Of a stretch of 64,000 nucleotides of DNA, positions 1 through 14,595 are shown one piece after another (within the stretch, counting starts at the first letter, position 1; the number at the start of each line of letters is the position of its first letter). This DNA comes from Escherichia coli (lineage in GTDB: Bacteria > Pseudomonadota > Gammaproteobacteria > Enterobacterales > Enterobacteriaceae). The stretch is from assembly GCF_003334765.1 (NCBI RefSeq), contig NZ_QOWT01000012.1; one strand, written 5' to 3'. The notes under the pieces are model-generated. The model was not told the origin of the DNA, searched no databases, and was given only the letters and a program-made list of their open reading frames with translations. A program made the translations under genes and the position numbers.

Positions 1-1
1 G

Positions 2-1367
<1,366 letters not shown>

Positions 1368-1385
1368 CCTTTGAAAGGTGGCGGG

Positions 1386-2723
1386 ATGATGTATCGCATC
1401 AGAAATTGGTTGGTAGCGACGCTGCTGCTGCTGTGCACGCCGGTGGGTGCCGCGACGCTCTCTGATATTCAGGTTTCTAACGGTAATCAACAGGCGCGGA
1501 TAACGTTGAGTTTTATTGGCGATCCTGATTATGCGTTTAGCCATCAAAGCAAACGCACCGTGGCGCTCGATATCAAACAAACGGGCGTGATTCAGGGACT
1601 GCCGTTGTTGTTCAGCGGCAATAATCTGGTGAAGGCGATTCGCTCTGGAACGCCTAAAGATGCACAAACGCTACGGCTGGTGGTCGATCTTACCGAAAAC
1701 GGTAAAACCGAAGCAGTGAAGCGGCAGAATGGCAGCAATTACACTGTCGTCTTTACGATTAACGCCGATGTGCCGCCACCGCCTCCTCCGCCGCCCGTGG
1801 TTGCGAAACGCGTTGAAACGCCTGCGGTTGTCGCACCGCGCGTCAGCGAACCGGCGCGCAATCCGTTTAAAACGGAAAGTAACCGCACTACGGGTGTTAT
1901 CAGCAGTAATACGGTAACGCGTCCGGCAGCGCGCGCGACGGCTAACACTGGCGATAAAATTATCATCGCTATTGATGCCGGACACGGCGGTCAGGACCCT
2001 GGCGCTATCGGCCCCGGTGGTACGCGGGAGAAAAATGTCACCATCGCCATCGCGCGTAAATTGCGTACTTTGCTCAATGACGATCCGATGTTTAAAGGCG
2101 TTTTAACCCGTGACGGGGATTACTTTATCTCGGTGATGGGGCGCAGTGATGTGGCACGTAAGCAAAACGCCAATTTCCTCGTGTCGATTCACGCTGATGC
2201 CGCACCGAACCGCAGTGCGACTGGCGCTTCCGTATGGGTGCTCTCTAACCGTCGCGCCAACAGTGAAATGGCCAGCTGGCTGGAGCAGCACGAGAAACAG
2301 TCGGAGCTGCTGGGTGGGGCGGGTGATGTGCTGGCGAACAGTCAGTCTGACCCCTATTTAAGCCAGGCGGTGCTGGATTTACAGTTCGGTCATTCCCAGC
2401 GGGTAGGGTATGATGTAGCGACCAGTATGATCAGTCAGTTGCAACGCATTGGCGAAATACATAAACGTCGACCAGAACACGCCAGCCTTGGCGTTCTGCG
2501 CTCGCCGGATATCCCATCAGTACTGGTCGAAACCGGTTTTATCAGCAACAACAGCGAAGAACGTTTGCTGGCGAGCGACGATTACCAACAACAGCTGGCA
2601 GAAGCCATTTACAAAGGCCTGCGCAATTACTTCCTTGCGCATCCGATGCAATCTGCGCCGCAGGGTGCAACGGCACAAACTGCCAGTACGGTGACGACGC
2701 CAGATCGCACGCTGCCAAACTAA
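1386..2723 (+). CDS. amiB: N-acetylmuramoyl-L-alanine amidase AmiB
   Basis: ORF track 1371..2723 begins at a TTG; ATG at 1386 gives [10 protein letters not shown] with a signal peptide and 445 aa, matching remembered AmiB. Confidence 0.92.
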
Positions 2724-2732
2724 GGACGATTG

Positions 2733-4580
2733 ATGCCAATTCAGGTCTTACCGCCACAACTGGCGAACCAGATTGCCGCAGGTGAGGTGGTCGAGCGACC
2801 TGCGTCGGTAGTCAAAGAACTAGTGGAAAACAGCCTCGATGCAGGTGCGACGCGTATCGATATTGATATCGAACGCGGTGGGGCGAAACTTATCCGCATT
2901 CGTGATAACGGCTGCGGTATCAAAAAAGATGAGCTGGCGCTGGCGCTGGCTCGTCATGCCACCAGTAAAATCGCCTCTCTGGACGATCTCGAAGCCATTA
3001 TCAGCCTGGGCTTTCGCGGTGAGGCGCTGGCGAGTATCAGTTCGGTTTCCCGCCTGACGCTCACTTCACGCACCGCAGAACAGCAGGAAGCCTGGCAGGC
3101 CTATGCCGAAGGGCGCGATATGAACGTGACGGTAAAACCGGCGGCGCATCCTGTGGGGACGACGCTGGAGGTGCTGGATCTGTTCTACAACACCCCGGCG
3201 CGGCGCAAATTCCTGCGCACCGAGAAAACCGAATTTAACCACATTGATGAGATCATCCGCCGCATTGCGCTGGCGCGTTTCGACGTCACGATCAACCTGT
3301 CGCATAACGGTAAAATTGTGCGTCAGTACCGCGCAGTGCCGGAAGGCGGGCAAAAAGAACGGCGCTTAGGCGCGATTTGCGGCACCGCTTTTCTTGAACA
3401 AGCGCTGGCGATTGAATGGCAACACGGCGATCTCACGCTACGCGGCTGGGTGGCCGATCCAAATCACACCACGCCCGCACTGGCAGAAATTCAGTATTGC
3501 TACGTGAACGGTCGCATGATGCGCGATCGCCTGATCAATCACGCGATCCGCCAGGCCTGCGAAGACAAACTGGGGGCCGATCAGCAACCGGCATTTGTGT
3601 TGTATCTGGAGATCGACCCACATCAGGTGGACGTCAACGTGCACCCCGCCAAACACGAAGTGCGTTTCCATCAGTCGCGTCTGGTGCATGATTTTATCTA
3701 TCAGGGCGTGCTGAGCGTGCTACAACAGCAACTGGAAACGCCGCTACCGCTGGACGATGAACCCCAACCTGCACCGCGTTCCATTCCGGAAAACCGCGTG
3801 GCGGCGGGGCGCAATCACTTTGCAGAACCGGCAGCTCGTGAGCCGGTAGCTCCGCGCTACACTCCTGCGCCAGCATCAGGCAGTCGTCCGGCTGCCCCCT
3901 GGCCGAATGCGCAGCCAGGCTACCAGAAACAGCAAGGTGAAGTGTATCGCCAGCTTTTGCAAACGCCCGCGCCGATGCAAAAATTAAAAGCGCCGGAACC
4001 GCAGGAACCTGCACTTGCGGCGAACAGTCAGAGTTTTGGTCGGGTACTGACTATCGTCCATTCCGACTGTGCGTTGCTGGAGCGCGACGGCAACATTTCA
4101 CTTTTATCCTTGCCAGTGGCAGAACGTTGGCTGCGTCAGGCACAATTGACGCCGGGTGAAGCGCCCGTTTGCGCCCAGCCGCTGCTGATTCCGTTGCGGC
4201 TAAAAGTTTCTGCCGAAGAAAAATCGGCATTAGAAAAAGCGCAGTCTGCCCTAGCGGAATTGGGTATTGATTTCCAGTCAGATGCACAGCATGTGACCAT
4301 CAGGGCAGTGCCTTTACCCTTACGCCAACAAAATTTACAAATCTTGATTCCTGAACTGATAGGCTACCTGGCGAAGCAGTCCGTATTCGAACCTGGCAAT
4401 ATTGCGCAGTGGATTGCACGAAATCTGATGAGCGAACATGCGCAGTGGTCAATGGCACAGGCCATAACCCTGCTGGCGGACGTGGAACGGTTATGTCCGC
4501 AACTTGTGAAAACGCCGCCGGGTGGTCTGTTACAATCTGTTGATTTACATCCGGCGATAAAAGCCCTGAAAGATGAGTGA
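2733..4580 (+). CDS. mutL: DNA mismatch repair protein MutL
   Basis: ORF track 2730..4580; ATG at 2733 gives [23 protein letters not shown] and 615 aa (GHKL ATPase N-terminus). Confidence 0.95.
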
Positions 4581-5523
4581 TATCAGTAAGGCGAGCCTGC
4601 CTAAGGCGATTTTTTTGATGGGGCCGACGGCCTCCGGTAAAACGGCGTTAGCCATTGAGCTGCGTAAAATTTTACCAGTAGAGTTGATAAGCGTTGATTC
4701 TGCCCTTATTTACAAAGGGATGGATATCGGGACGGCGAAGCCGAACGCTGAAGAGTTACTCGCCGCGCCGCACCGATTGCTGGATATTCGCGATCCGTCG
4801 CAGGCTTACTCGGCTGCTGATTTTCGCCGCGATGCGCTGGCGGAAATGGCCGATATCACCGCGGCGGGGCGGATCCCACTGTTAGTGGGCGGTACGATGT
4901 TGTATTTCAAGGCATTGCTGGAAGGGTTGTCGCCGCTACCGTCGGCAGACCCGGAAGTACGGGCCAGAATTGAGCAACAGGCGGCAGAGCAAGGTTGGGA
5001 GTCATTGCATCGTCAACTTCAGGAGGTAGATCCGGTTGCGGCAGCAAGGATTCATCCAAATGATCCACAAAGGCTTTCCCGGGCACTGGAAGTTTTTTTC
5101 ATTTCGGGTAAAACTTTAACGGAACTGACGCAAACGTCAGGAGACGCTCTACCGTATCAGGTGCATCAGTTCGCCATCGCCCCGGCGAGCCGTGAACTGC
5201 TCCATCAACGCATTGAGCAGCGTTTTCATCAGATGTTGGCTTCAGGTTTTGAAGCAGAAGTCCGGGCGCTTTTTGCCCGAGGAGATTTGCATACGGACTT
5301 GCCTTCCATTCGTTGCGTGGGTTATCGCCAGATGTGGTCTTACCTTGAAGGCGAAATCTCATACGATGAAATGGTTTATCGAGGTGTTTGCGCCACGAGA
5401 CAGTTGGCGAAGCGGCAGATAACCTGGCTGCGTGGTTGGGAAGGGGTTCACTGGCTTGACAGTGAAAAACCAGAACAGGCGCGTGACGAAGTATTACAGG
5501 TTGTTGGTGCTATCGCAGGCTGA
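4573..5523 (+). CDS. miaA: tRNA dimethylallyltransferase MiaA
   Basis: 316-aa ORF with P-loop GPTASGKT; start overlaps mutL stop by 8 nt. Confidence 0.95.
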
Positions 5524-5596
5524 ATGTGTACAATTGAGACGTATCGTGCGCAATTTTTTCAGAATCGAAAGGTTCAAAGTACAAATAAGCATATAA

Positions 5597-5937
<341 letters not shown>

Positions 5938-5992
5938 CACGGGGAGCCAGCGATCCTGCGTTCCCCGCTGATCTATTTAGAGGGTTATACGC

Positions 5993-7273
5993 TTGTTTGA
6001 CCGTTATGATGCTGGTGAGCAGGCGGTACTGGTACACATCTATTTTACGCAAGACAAAGATATGGAAGACCTCCAGGAGTTTGAATCTCTGGTCTCTTCC
6101 GCCGGTGTCGAAGCATTGCAGGTGATTACCGGTAGCCGTAAAGCGCCGCACCCAAAGTATTTTGTAGGTGAAGGTAAAGCAGTTGAAATTGCGGAAGCTG
6201 TCAAAGCGACGGGTGCTTCGGTCGTTCTTTTTGACCATGCCCTGAGCCCGGCGCAAGAGCGTAACCTGGAGCGTTTGTGCGAGTGTCGTGTTATCGACCG
6301 CACCGGCCTTATTTTAGATATTTTCGCCCAACGTGCGCGTACCCATGAGGGTAAGTTGCAGGTTGAGCTGGCGCAGCTGCGCCATCTGGCTACGCGCCTG
6401 GTGCGTGGCTGGACCCACCTTGAAAGACAGAAAGGCGGGATAGGTTTGCGTGGTCCGGGTGAAACCCAGCTCGAAACCGACCGTCGTTTGTTGCGTAATC
6501 GCATCGTGCAGATACAGTCGCGCCTGGAAAGAGTTGAAAAGCAGCGTGAGCAGGGGCGGCAATCGCGTATCAAAGCCGACGTTCCTACTGTTTCGCTGGT
6601 GGGATATACCAACGCCGGTAAATCTACCCTTTTCAATCGCATCACCGAAGCGCGGGTCTACGCGGCAGACCAGTTGTTTGCCACCCTCGACCCGACGTTG
6701 CGGCGTATTGACGTTGCAGATGTCGGTGAAACCGTACTTGCAGATACCGTAGGGTTTATTCGCCACCTGCCGCACGATCTGGTGGCGGCATTTAAAGCCA
6801 CGTTACAAGAGACGCGGCAAGCCACATTACTGCTGCACGTCATTGATGCGGCGGATGTGCGTGTACAAGAAAACATCGAAGCGGTGAATACGGTTCTTGA
6901 AGAGATCGACGCTCACGAGATCCCAACCCTGCTGGTGATGAACAAGATCGATATGCTGGAAGATTTCGAACCGCGTATTGATCGGGACGAAGAGAACAAA
7001 CCGATCCGTGTCTGGCTTTCCGCACAGACCGGAGCGGGGATACCACAGCTTTTTCAGGCTTTGACGGAGCGGCTTTCCGGCGAGGTGGCGCAGCATACAT
7101 TGCGTCTGCCACCGCAGGAAGGGCGTCTGAGAAGTCGTTTTTATCAGCTTCAGGCAATAGAAAAAGAGTGGATGGAGGAGGACGGCAGCGTAAGTCTGCA
7201 AGTTCGTATGCCGATCGTTGACTGGCGTCGTCTCTGTAAACAAGAACCGGCGTTGATCGATTACCTGATCTAA
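5993..7273 (+). CDS. hflX: Ribosome-associated GTPase HflX
   Basis: 426-aa ORF starting at TTG 5993 ([10 protein letters not shown]); G-domain motifs GYTNAGKST and DTVGF. Confidence 0.93.
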   Translation: MFDRYDAGEQAVLVHIYFTQDKDMEDLQEFESLVSSAGVEALQVITGSRKAPHPKYFVGEGKAVEIAEAVKATGASVVLFDHALSPAQERNLERLCECRVIDRTGLILDIFAQRARTHEGKLQVELAQLRHLATRLVRGWTHLERQKGGIGLRGPGETQLETDRRLLRNRIVQIQSRLERVEKQREQGRQSRIKADVPTVSLVGYTNAGKSTLFNRITEARVYAADQLFATLDPTLRRIDVADVGETVLADTVGFIRHLPHDLVAAFKATLQETRQATLLLHVIDAADVRVQENIEAVNTVLEEIDAHEIPTLLVMNKIDMLEDFEPRIDRDEENKPIRVWLSAQTGAGIPQLFQALTERLSGEVAQHTLRLPPQEGRLRSRFYQLQAIEKEWMEEDGSVSLQVRMPIVDWRRLCKQEPALIDYLI

Positions 7274-7358
7274 CGGCGTAGCGTCTGAAGCGTGGAGTCA
7301 TATCCTCTGGCGTCGAAAGACAACAGGGATCACCGCATAACAAATATGGAGCACAAAC

Positions 7359-8618
7359 ATGGCGTGGAATCAGCCCGGTAATAACGGACAAGACCGCGAC
7401 CCGTGGGGAAGCAGCAAACCTGGCGGCAACTCTGAGGGAAATGGAAACAAAGGCGGTCGCGATCAAGGGCCACCTGATTTAGATGATATCTTCCGCAAAC
7501 TGAGCAAAAAGCTCGGTGGTCTGGGCGGCGGTAAAGGCACCGGATCTGGCGGTGGCAGTTCATCGCAAGGCCCGCGCCCGCAGCTTGGCGGTCGTGTCGT
7601 TACCATCGCAGCGGCAGCGATTGTCATTATCTGGGCGGCCAGTGGTTTCTATACCATTAAAGAAGCCGAACGCGGCGTGGTAACACGCTTTGGTAAATTC
7701 AGCCATCTGGTTGAGCCGGGTCTGAACTGGAAACCGACGTTTATCGACGAAGTCAAACCGGTGAACGTGGAAGCCGTGCGTGAACTGGCCGCTTCTGGTG
7801 TGATGCTGACGTCGGACGAGAACGTAGTGCGCGTTGAGATGAACGTGCAGTACCGCGTCACCAATCCGGAAAAATATCTGTATAGCGTGACCAGCCCGGA
7901 TGACAGCCTGCGTCAGGCTACCGACAGCGCCCTGCGTGGAGTTATCGGTAAATACACCATGGACCGCATTCTGACGGAAGGTCGTACCGTGATTCGTAGC
8001 GATACTCAGCGCGAACTGGAAGAGACGATTCGTCCGTATGACATGGGTATCACGCTGCTGGACGTCAACTTCCAGGCTGCTCGTCCGCCGGAAGAAGTAA
8101 AAGCGGCGTTTGACGATGCGATTGCCGCGCGTGAAAACGAACAGCAATACATTCGTGAAGCAGAAGCGTATACCAACGAAGTTCAGCCGCGTGCGAACGG
8201 TCAGGCGCAACGTATCCTCGAAGAGGCGCGTGCGTACAAGGCCCAGACCATCCTGGAAGCTCAGGGTGAAGTGGCGCGCTTTGCTAAACTTCTGCCGGAA
8301 TATAAAGCCGCGCCGGAAATTACTCGCGAGCGTCTGTATATCGAGACGATGGAAAAAGTGTTGGGTAACACCCGCAAAGTGCTGGTTAACGATAAAGGTG
8401 GCAACCTGATGGTTCTGCCGTTAGACCAGATGCTGAAAGGTGGTAACGCCCCTGCGGCGAAGAGCGATAACGGTGCCAGCAATCTGCTGCGTCTGCCGCC
8501 AGCCTCTTCCTCCACAACCAGTGGAGCAAGCAACACGTCGTCCACCAGTCAGGGCGATATTATGGACCAACGCCGCGCCAACGCGCAGCGTAACGACTAC
8601 CAGCGTCAGGGGGAATAA
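7359..8618 (+). CDS. hflK: FtsH protease modulator HflK (SPFH/band 7)
   Basis: 419-aa ORF MAWNQPGNNGQDRDPWG with a Gly-rich N-terminal region and one transmembrane segment. Confidence 0.95.
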   Translation: MAWNQPGNNGQDRDPWGSSKPGGNSEGNGNKGGRDQGPPDLDDIFRKLSKKLGGLGGGKGTGSGGGSSSQGPRPQLGGRVVTIAAAAIVIIWAASGFYTIKEAERGVVTRFGKFSHLVEPGLNWKPTFIDEVKPVNVEAVRELAASGVMLTSDENVVRVEMNVQYRVTNPEKYLYSVTSPDDSLRQATDSALRGVIGKYTMDRILTEGRTVIRSDTQRELEETIRPYDMGITLLDVNFQAARPPEEVKAAFDDAIAARENEQQYIREAEAYTNEVQPRANGQAQRILEEARAYKAQTILEAQGEVARFAKLLPEYKAAPEITRERLYIETMEKVLGNTRKVLVNDKGGNLMVLPLDQMLKGGNAPAAKSDNGASNLLRLPPASSSTTSGASNTSSTSQGDIMDQRRANAQRNDYQRQGE

Positions 8619-8620
8619 CG

Positions 8621-9625
8621 ATGCGTAAGTCAGTTATCGCGATTATCATCATCGTGCTGGTAGTGCTTTACATGTCTGTCTTTGTCGTCAAAGAAGGTGA
8701 GCGCGGTATTACGCTGCGTTTTGGTAAGGTACTGCGTGACGATGACAACAAACCTCTGGTTTATGAGCCGGGTCTGCATTTCAAGATACCGTTCATTGAA
8801 ACGGTGAAAATGCTCGACGCACGTATTCAGACCATGGACAACCAGGCCGACCGCTTTGTGACCAAAGAGAAGAAAGACCTGATCGTCGACTCTTACATCA
8901 AATGGCGCATCAGCGATTTCAGCCGTTACTACCTGGCAACGGGTGGTGGCGACATTTCGCAAGCGGAAGTGCTGTTGAAACGTAAGTTCTCTGACCGTCT
9001 GCGTTCTGAAATTGGTCGCCTGGACGTGAAAGATATCGTCACCGATTCCCGTGGTCGTCTGACCCTCGAAGTACGTGACGCGCTGAACTCCGGTTCTGCG
9101 GGTACAGAAGATGAAGTTACTACCCCGGCGGCAGATAACGCCATTGCCGAAGCGGCAGAGCGCGTAACGGCTGAGACGAAGGGCAAAGTTCCGGTCATCA
9201 ACCCGAACAGTATGGCGGCGCTGGGTATTGAAGTTGTCGATGTGCGTATCAAGCAGATCAACCTGCCGACCGAAGTGTCTGAAGCGATCTACAACCGTAT
9301 GCGCGCCGAGCGTGAAGCGGTAGCGCGTCGTCACCGTTCACAAGGTCAGGAAGAAGCGGAAAAACTGCGCGCGACTGCCGACTATGAAGTGACCAGAACG
9401 CTGGCAGAAGCTGAGCGTCAGGGCCGCATCATGCGTGGTGAAGGCGATGCCGAAGCAGCCAAACTGTTTGCTGATGCATTCAGTAAAGATCCGGACTTCT
9501 ACGCATTCATCCGTAGCCTGCGTGCTTATGAGAACAGCTTCTCTGGCAATCAGGACGTGATGGTCATGAGCCCGGATAGCGATTTCTTCCGCTACATGAA
9601 GACGCCGACTTCCGCAACGCGTTAA
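8621..9625 (+). CDS. hflC: FtsH protease modulator HflC (SPFH/band 7)
   Basis: 334-aa ORF 3 nt after hflK; N-terminal transmembrane segment MRKSVIAIIIIVLVVLYMSVFVV. Confidence 0.95.
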   Translation: MRKSVIAIIIIVLVVLYMSVFVVKEGERGITLRFGKVLRDDDNKPLVYEPGLHFKIPFIETVKMLDARIQTMDNQADRFVTKEKKDLIVDSYIKWRISDFSRYYLATGGGDISQAEVLLKRKFSDRLRSEIGRLDVKDIVTDSRGRLTLEVRDALNSGSAGTEDEVTTPAADNAIAEAAERVTAETKGKVPVINPNSMAALGIEVVDVRIKQINLPTEVSEAIYNRMRAEREAVARRHRSQGQEEAEKLRATADYEVTRTLAEAERQGRIMRGEGDAEAAKLFADAFSKDPDFYAFIRSLRAYENSFSGNQDVMVMSPDSDFFRYMKTPTSATR

Positions 9626-9654
9626 TATAACGACTGCGGTACAGGTCAATAAAG

Positions 9655-9692
9655 CCACCGCATCCTCAGGGATGTCGGTGGTTTTCTTTTTC
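9655..9692 (+). terminator. Rho-independent terminator after hflC
   Basis: GC-rich hairpin ccaccgcatcc...ggatgtcggtgg followed by TTTTCTTTTTC. Confidence 0.75.
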
Positions 9693-9706
9693 TATAAGGA
9701 TAATGA

Positions 9707-9904
9707 ATGAATTCGACAATCTGGCTGGCGCTTGCCCTGGTTTTGGTACTGGAAGGTTTAGGGCCGATGCTTTACCCGAAGGCATGGAAGAAGATGATCT
9801 CTGCGATGACCAATTTGCCCGATAATATTTTACGTCGTTTTGGCGGTGGACTTGTGGTTGCGGGCGTTGTGGTCTACTACATGTTGAGGAAAACGATTGG
9901 CTGA
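9707..9904 (+). CDS. yjeT: Small inner-membrane protein YjeT (DUF2065)
   Basis: 65-aa ORF with two hydrophobic segments; matches remembered YjeT. Confidence 0.85.
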   Translation: MNSTIWLALALVLVLEGLGPMLYPKAWKKMISAMTNLPDNILRRFGGGLVVAGVVVYYMLRKTIG

Positions 9905-9985
9905 ACAAAAAACAGACTGATCGAGGTCATTTTTGAGTGCAAAAAGTGCTGTAACTCTGAAAAAGCGATGGTAGAATCCATTTTT

Positions 9986-10001
9986 AAGCAAACGGTGATT
10001 T
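9986..10001 (+). promoter_or_regulatory. Possible PurR-box-like element upstream of purA
   Basis: AAGCAAACGGTGATTT contains the GCAAACG half of the PurR operator consensus; TAGAAT -10-like hexamer at 9972-9977; imperfect match. Confidence 0.3.
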
Positions 10002-10004
10002 TGA

Positions 10005-11306
<1,302 letters not shown>

Positions 11307-11510
11307 TTCTGGTACGCCTGGCAGATATTTTGCCTGCCGGGCGAACAGTGTGATACATTGCTGTGTCGGGTAAGCCATTACGCTATCCGACACAGTGTTA
11401 AATCCTCGCTTTTTTCCTTCCCCGAACTGAAATAAATTAGCGACACAGCTTGTGGCTGGTTTATCATCAATATAAATGTATTTTTTCCCGATTTCCCTTT
11501 TGAGGTTGAT

Positions 11511-11936
11511 GTGCAGTTAACGAGTTTCACTGATTACGGATTACGTGCGCTGATCTACATGGCGTCATTGCCAGAAGGGCGGATGACCAGTATTTCTGAA
11601 GTGACTGACGTCTACGGCGTCTCCCGTAATCATATGGTCAAAATAATCAATCAACTTAGTCGTGCCGGCTACGTGACTGCTGTTCGTGGAAAAAATGGCG
11701 GCATTCGCCTGGGTAAACCGGCGAGTGCGATACGTATTGGTGATGTGGTGCGCGAGCTGGAGCCCTTATCGCTGGTGAATTGCAGCAGTGAGTTTTGCCA
11801 CATTACACCTGCCTGTAGGTTGAAACAGGCACTTTCTAAGGCCGTGCAAAGTTTTCTTACGGAACTGGATAACTACACGCTTGCCGATTTGGTTGAAGAG
11901 AATCAACCGCTTTATAAATTATTGCTGGTGGAGTGA
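11511..11936 (+). CDS. nsrR: Nitric-oxide-sensing transcriptional repressor NsrR (Rrf2 family)
   Basis: 141-aa ORF from GTG 11511; Rrf2 helix-turn-helix and three Cys near the C-terminus. Confidence 0.93.
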
Positions 11937-11974
11937 CGAAAATCTTCATCAGAGATGACAACGGAGGAACCGAG

Positions 11975-14416
11975 ATGTCACAAGATCCTTTCCAGGAACG
12001 CGAAGCTGAAAAATACGCGAATCCCATCCCTAGTCGGGAATTTATCCTCGAACATTTAACCAAACGTGAAAAACCGGCCAGCCGTGATGAGCTGGCGGTA
12101 GAACTGCACATTGAAGGCGAAGAGCAGCTTGAAGGCCTGCGTCGCCGCCTGCGCGCGATGGAGCGCGATGGTCAACTGGTCTTCACTCGTCGTCAGTGCT
12201 ATGCGCTGCCGGAACGCCTCGACCTGGTGAAAGGTACCGTTATTGGCCACCGTGATGGCTACGGCTTTCTGCGGGTTGAAGGGCGTAAAGATGATTTGTA
12301 TCTCTCCAGCGAGCAGATGAAAACCTGCATTCATGGCGATCAGGTGCTGGCTCAGCCGCTGGGTGCTGACCGTAAAGGTCGTCGTGAAGCGCGTATTGTC
12401 CGCGTACTGGTGCCAAAAACCAGCCAGATTGTTGGTCGCTACTTTACCGAAGCGGGCGTCGGCTTTGTGGTTCCTGACGACAGCCGTCTGAGCTTCGATA
12501 TCTTAATCCCGCCCGATCAGATCATGGGCGCGCGGATGGGCTTTGTGGTCGTAGTCGAACTGACTCAGCGTCCGACTCGCCGCACCAAAGCGGTGGGTAA
12601 AATCGTCGAAGTGCTGGGCGACAATATGGGCACCGGCATGGCGGTTGATATCGCTCTGCGTACCCATGAAATTCCGTACATCTGGCCGCAGGCTGTTGAG
12701 CAACAGGTTGCCGGGCTGAAAGAAGAAGTGCCGGAAGAAGCAAAAGCGGGCCGTGTTGATCTGCGCGATTTACCGCTGGTCACCATTGATGGCGAAGACG
12801 CCCGTGACTTTGACGATGCAGTTTACTGCGAGAAAAAACGCGGCGGCGGCTGGCGTTTATGGGTCGCGATTGCCGACGTCAGCTACTATGTGCGTCCGTC
12901 AACGCCGCTGGACAGAGAAGCGCGTAACCGTGGCACGTCGGTGTACTTCCCTTCGCAGGTTATCCCGATGCTGCCGGAAGTGCTCTCTAACGGCCTGTGT
13001 TCGCTCAACCCGCAGGTAGACCGCCTGTGTATGGTGTGCGAGATGACGGTTTCGTCGAAAGGCCGCCTGACGGGCTACAAATTCTACGAAGCGGTGATGA
13101 GCTCTCACGCGCGTCTGACCTACACCAAAGTCTGGCATATTCTGCAGGGCGATCAGGATCTGCGCGAGCAGTACGCCCCGCTGGTTAAGCATCTCGAAGA
13201 GTTGCATAACCTCTATAAAGTGCTGGATAAAGCCCGTGAAGAACGCGGTGGGATCTCATTTGAGAGCGAAGAAGCGAAGTTCATTTTCAACGCTGAACGC
13301 CGTATTGAACGTATCGAACAGACCCAGCGTAACGACGCGCACAAATTAATTGAAGAGTGCATGATTCTGGCGAATATCTCGGCGGCGCGTTTCGTTGAGA
13401 AAGCGAAAGAACCGGCACTGTTCCGTATTCACGACAAGCCGAGCACCGAAGCGATTACCTCTTTCCGTTCAGTGCTGGCGGAGCTGGGGCTGGAACTGCC
13501 GGGCGGTAACAAGCCGGAACCGCGTGACTACGCGGAGCTGCTGGAGTCGGTTGCCGATCGTCCTGATGCAGAAATGCTGCAAACCATGCTGCTGCGCTCG
13601 ATGAAACAGGCGATTTACGATCCAGAAAACCGTGGTCACTTTGGCCTGGCATTGCAGTCCTATGCGCACTTTACTTCGCCGATTCGTCGTTATCCAGACC
13701 TGACGCTGCACCGCGCCATTAAATATCTGCTGGCGAAAGAGCAGGGGCATCAGGGCAACACCACTGAAACCGGCGGCTACCATTATTCGATGGAAGAGAT
13801 GCTGCAACTGGGTCAGCACTGTTCGATGGCGGAACGTCGTGCCGACGAAGCAACGCGCGATGTGGCTGACTGGCTGAAGTGTGACTTCATGCTCGACCAG
13901 GTAGGTAACGTCTTTAAAGGCGTAATTTCCAGCGTCACTGGCTTTGGCTTCTTCGTCCGTCTGGACGACTTGTTCATTGATGGTCTGGTCCATGTCTCTT
14001 CGCTGGACAATGACTACTATCGCTTTGACCAGGTAGGGCAACGCCTGATGGGGGAATCCAGCGGCCAGACTTATCGCCTGGGCGATCGCGTGGAAGTTCG
14101 CGTCGAAGCGGTTAATATGGACGAGCGCAAAATCGACTTTAGCCTGATCTCCAGCGAACGCGCACCGCGCAACGTCGGTAAAACGGCGCGCGAGAAAGCG
14201 AAAAAAGGCGATGCAGGTAAAAAAGGCGGCAAGCGTCGTCAGGTCGGTAAAAAGGTAAACTTTGAGCCAGACAGCGCCTTCCGCGGTGAGAAAAAAACGA
14301 AGCCGAAAGCGGCGAAGAAAGACGCGAGAAAAGCGAAAAAGCCATCGGCGAAAACGCAGAAAATAGCTGCAGCGACCAAAGCGAAGCGTGCGGCGAAGAA
14401 AAAAGTGGCAGAGTGA
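11975..14416 (+). CDS. rnr: Ribonuclease R (3'-5' exoribonuclease) with Lys-rich C-terminal tail
   Basis: ORF track 11933..14416; ATG at 11975 gives [17 protein letters not shown] and 813 aa; RNB and S1 regions, basic tail. Confidence 0.95.
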   Translation: MSQDPFQEREAEKYANPIPSREFILEHLTKREKPASRDELAVELHIEGEEQLEGLRRRLRAMERDGQLVFTRRQCYALPERLDLVKGTVIGHRDGYGFLRVEGRKDDLYLSSEQMKTCIHGDQVLAQPLGADRKGRREARIVRVLVPKTSQIVGRYFTEAGVGFVVPDDSRLSFDILIPPDQIMGARMGFVVVVELTQRPTRRTKAVGKIVEVLGDNMGTGMAVDIALRTHEIPYIWPQAVEQQVAGLKEEVPEEAKAGRVDLRDLPLVTIDGEDARDFDDAVYCEKKRGGGWRLWVAIADVSYYVRPSTPLDREARNRGTSVYFPSQVIPMLPEVLSNGLCSLNPQVDRLCMVCEMTVSSKGRLTGYKFYEAVMSSHARLTYTKVWHILQGDQDLREQYAPLVKHLEELHNLYKVLDKAREERGGISFESEEAKFIFNAERRIERIEQTQRNDAHKLIEECMILANISAARFVEKAKEPALFRIHDKPSTEAITSFRSVLAELGLELPGGNKPEPRDYAELLESVADRPDAEMLQTMLLRSMKQAIYDPENRGHFGLALQSYAHFTSPIRRYPDLTLHRAIKYLLAKEQGHQGNTTETGGYHYSMEEMLQLGQHCSMAERRADEATRDVADWLKCDFMLDQVGNVFKGVISSVTGFGFFVRLDDLFIDGLVHVSSLDNDYYRFDQVGQRLMGESSGQTYRLGDRVEVRVEAVNMDERKIDFSLISSERAPRNVGKTAREKAKKGDAGKKGGKRRQVGKKVNFEPDSAFRGEKKTKPKAAKKDARKAKKPSAKTQKIAAATKAKRAAKKKVAE

Positions 14417-14473
14417 TCAATACCCTCTTTAAAAGAAGAGGGTTAGATTGCTGACAAAATGCGCTTTGTTCAT

Positions 14474-14571
14474 GCCGGATGCGGCGTGAACGCCTTATCC
14501 GGCCTACATAATCACGCAAATTCAATATATTGCAGAGATCATGTAGGCCGGATAAACGTAGTGCATCAGGC
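14474..14571. repeat. REP/BIME element (two inverted REP units) in the rnr-rlmB spacer
   Basis: gccggatgcggcgtgaacgccttatccggcctaca and an inverted tgtaggccggataaacg...catcaggc unit. Confidence 0.8.
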
Positions 14572-14595
14572 AAAACGTAAACAACGAGTACATTA

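Noticed and set aside
1770-1800. CRISPR array or tandem-repeat locus
   Set aside because: No direct repeats of 25-40 bp with regular spacers anywhere in the window; the only periodic sequences are short codon repeats inside amiB and rnr and the REP palindromes.
11933-11974. N-terminally extended ORF-track starts (rnr at 11933, ulaA 25244, ulaD 27354, yjfL 17219, yjfC 18220, fklB 42563, ytfH 47682, and minus-strand msrA, bsmA, yjfN, ytfB)
   Set aside because: The extensions begin at upstream in-frame ATG or TTG codons, lack ribosome-binding sites and often overlap the preceding gene; internal starts reproduce the remembered protein N-termini.
14139-14573. 144-aa minus-strand ORF spanning the rnr 3' end and the REP element
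   Set aside because: Runs through a REP/BIME repeat and the antisense of the rnr Lys-rich tail; Ser/Leu/Arg-rich translation typical of non-coding sequence.
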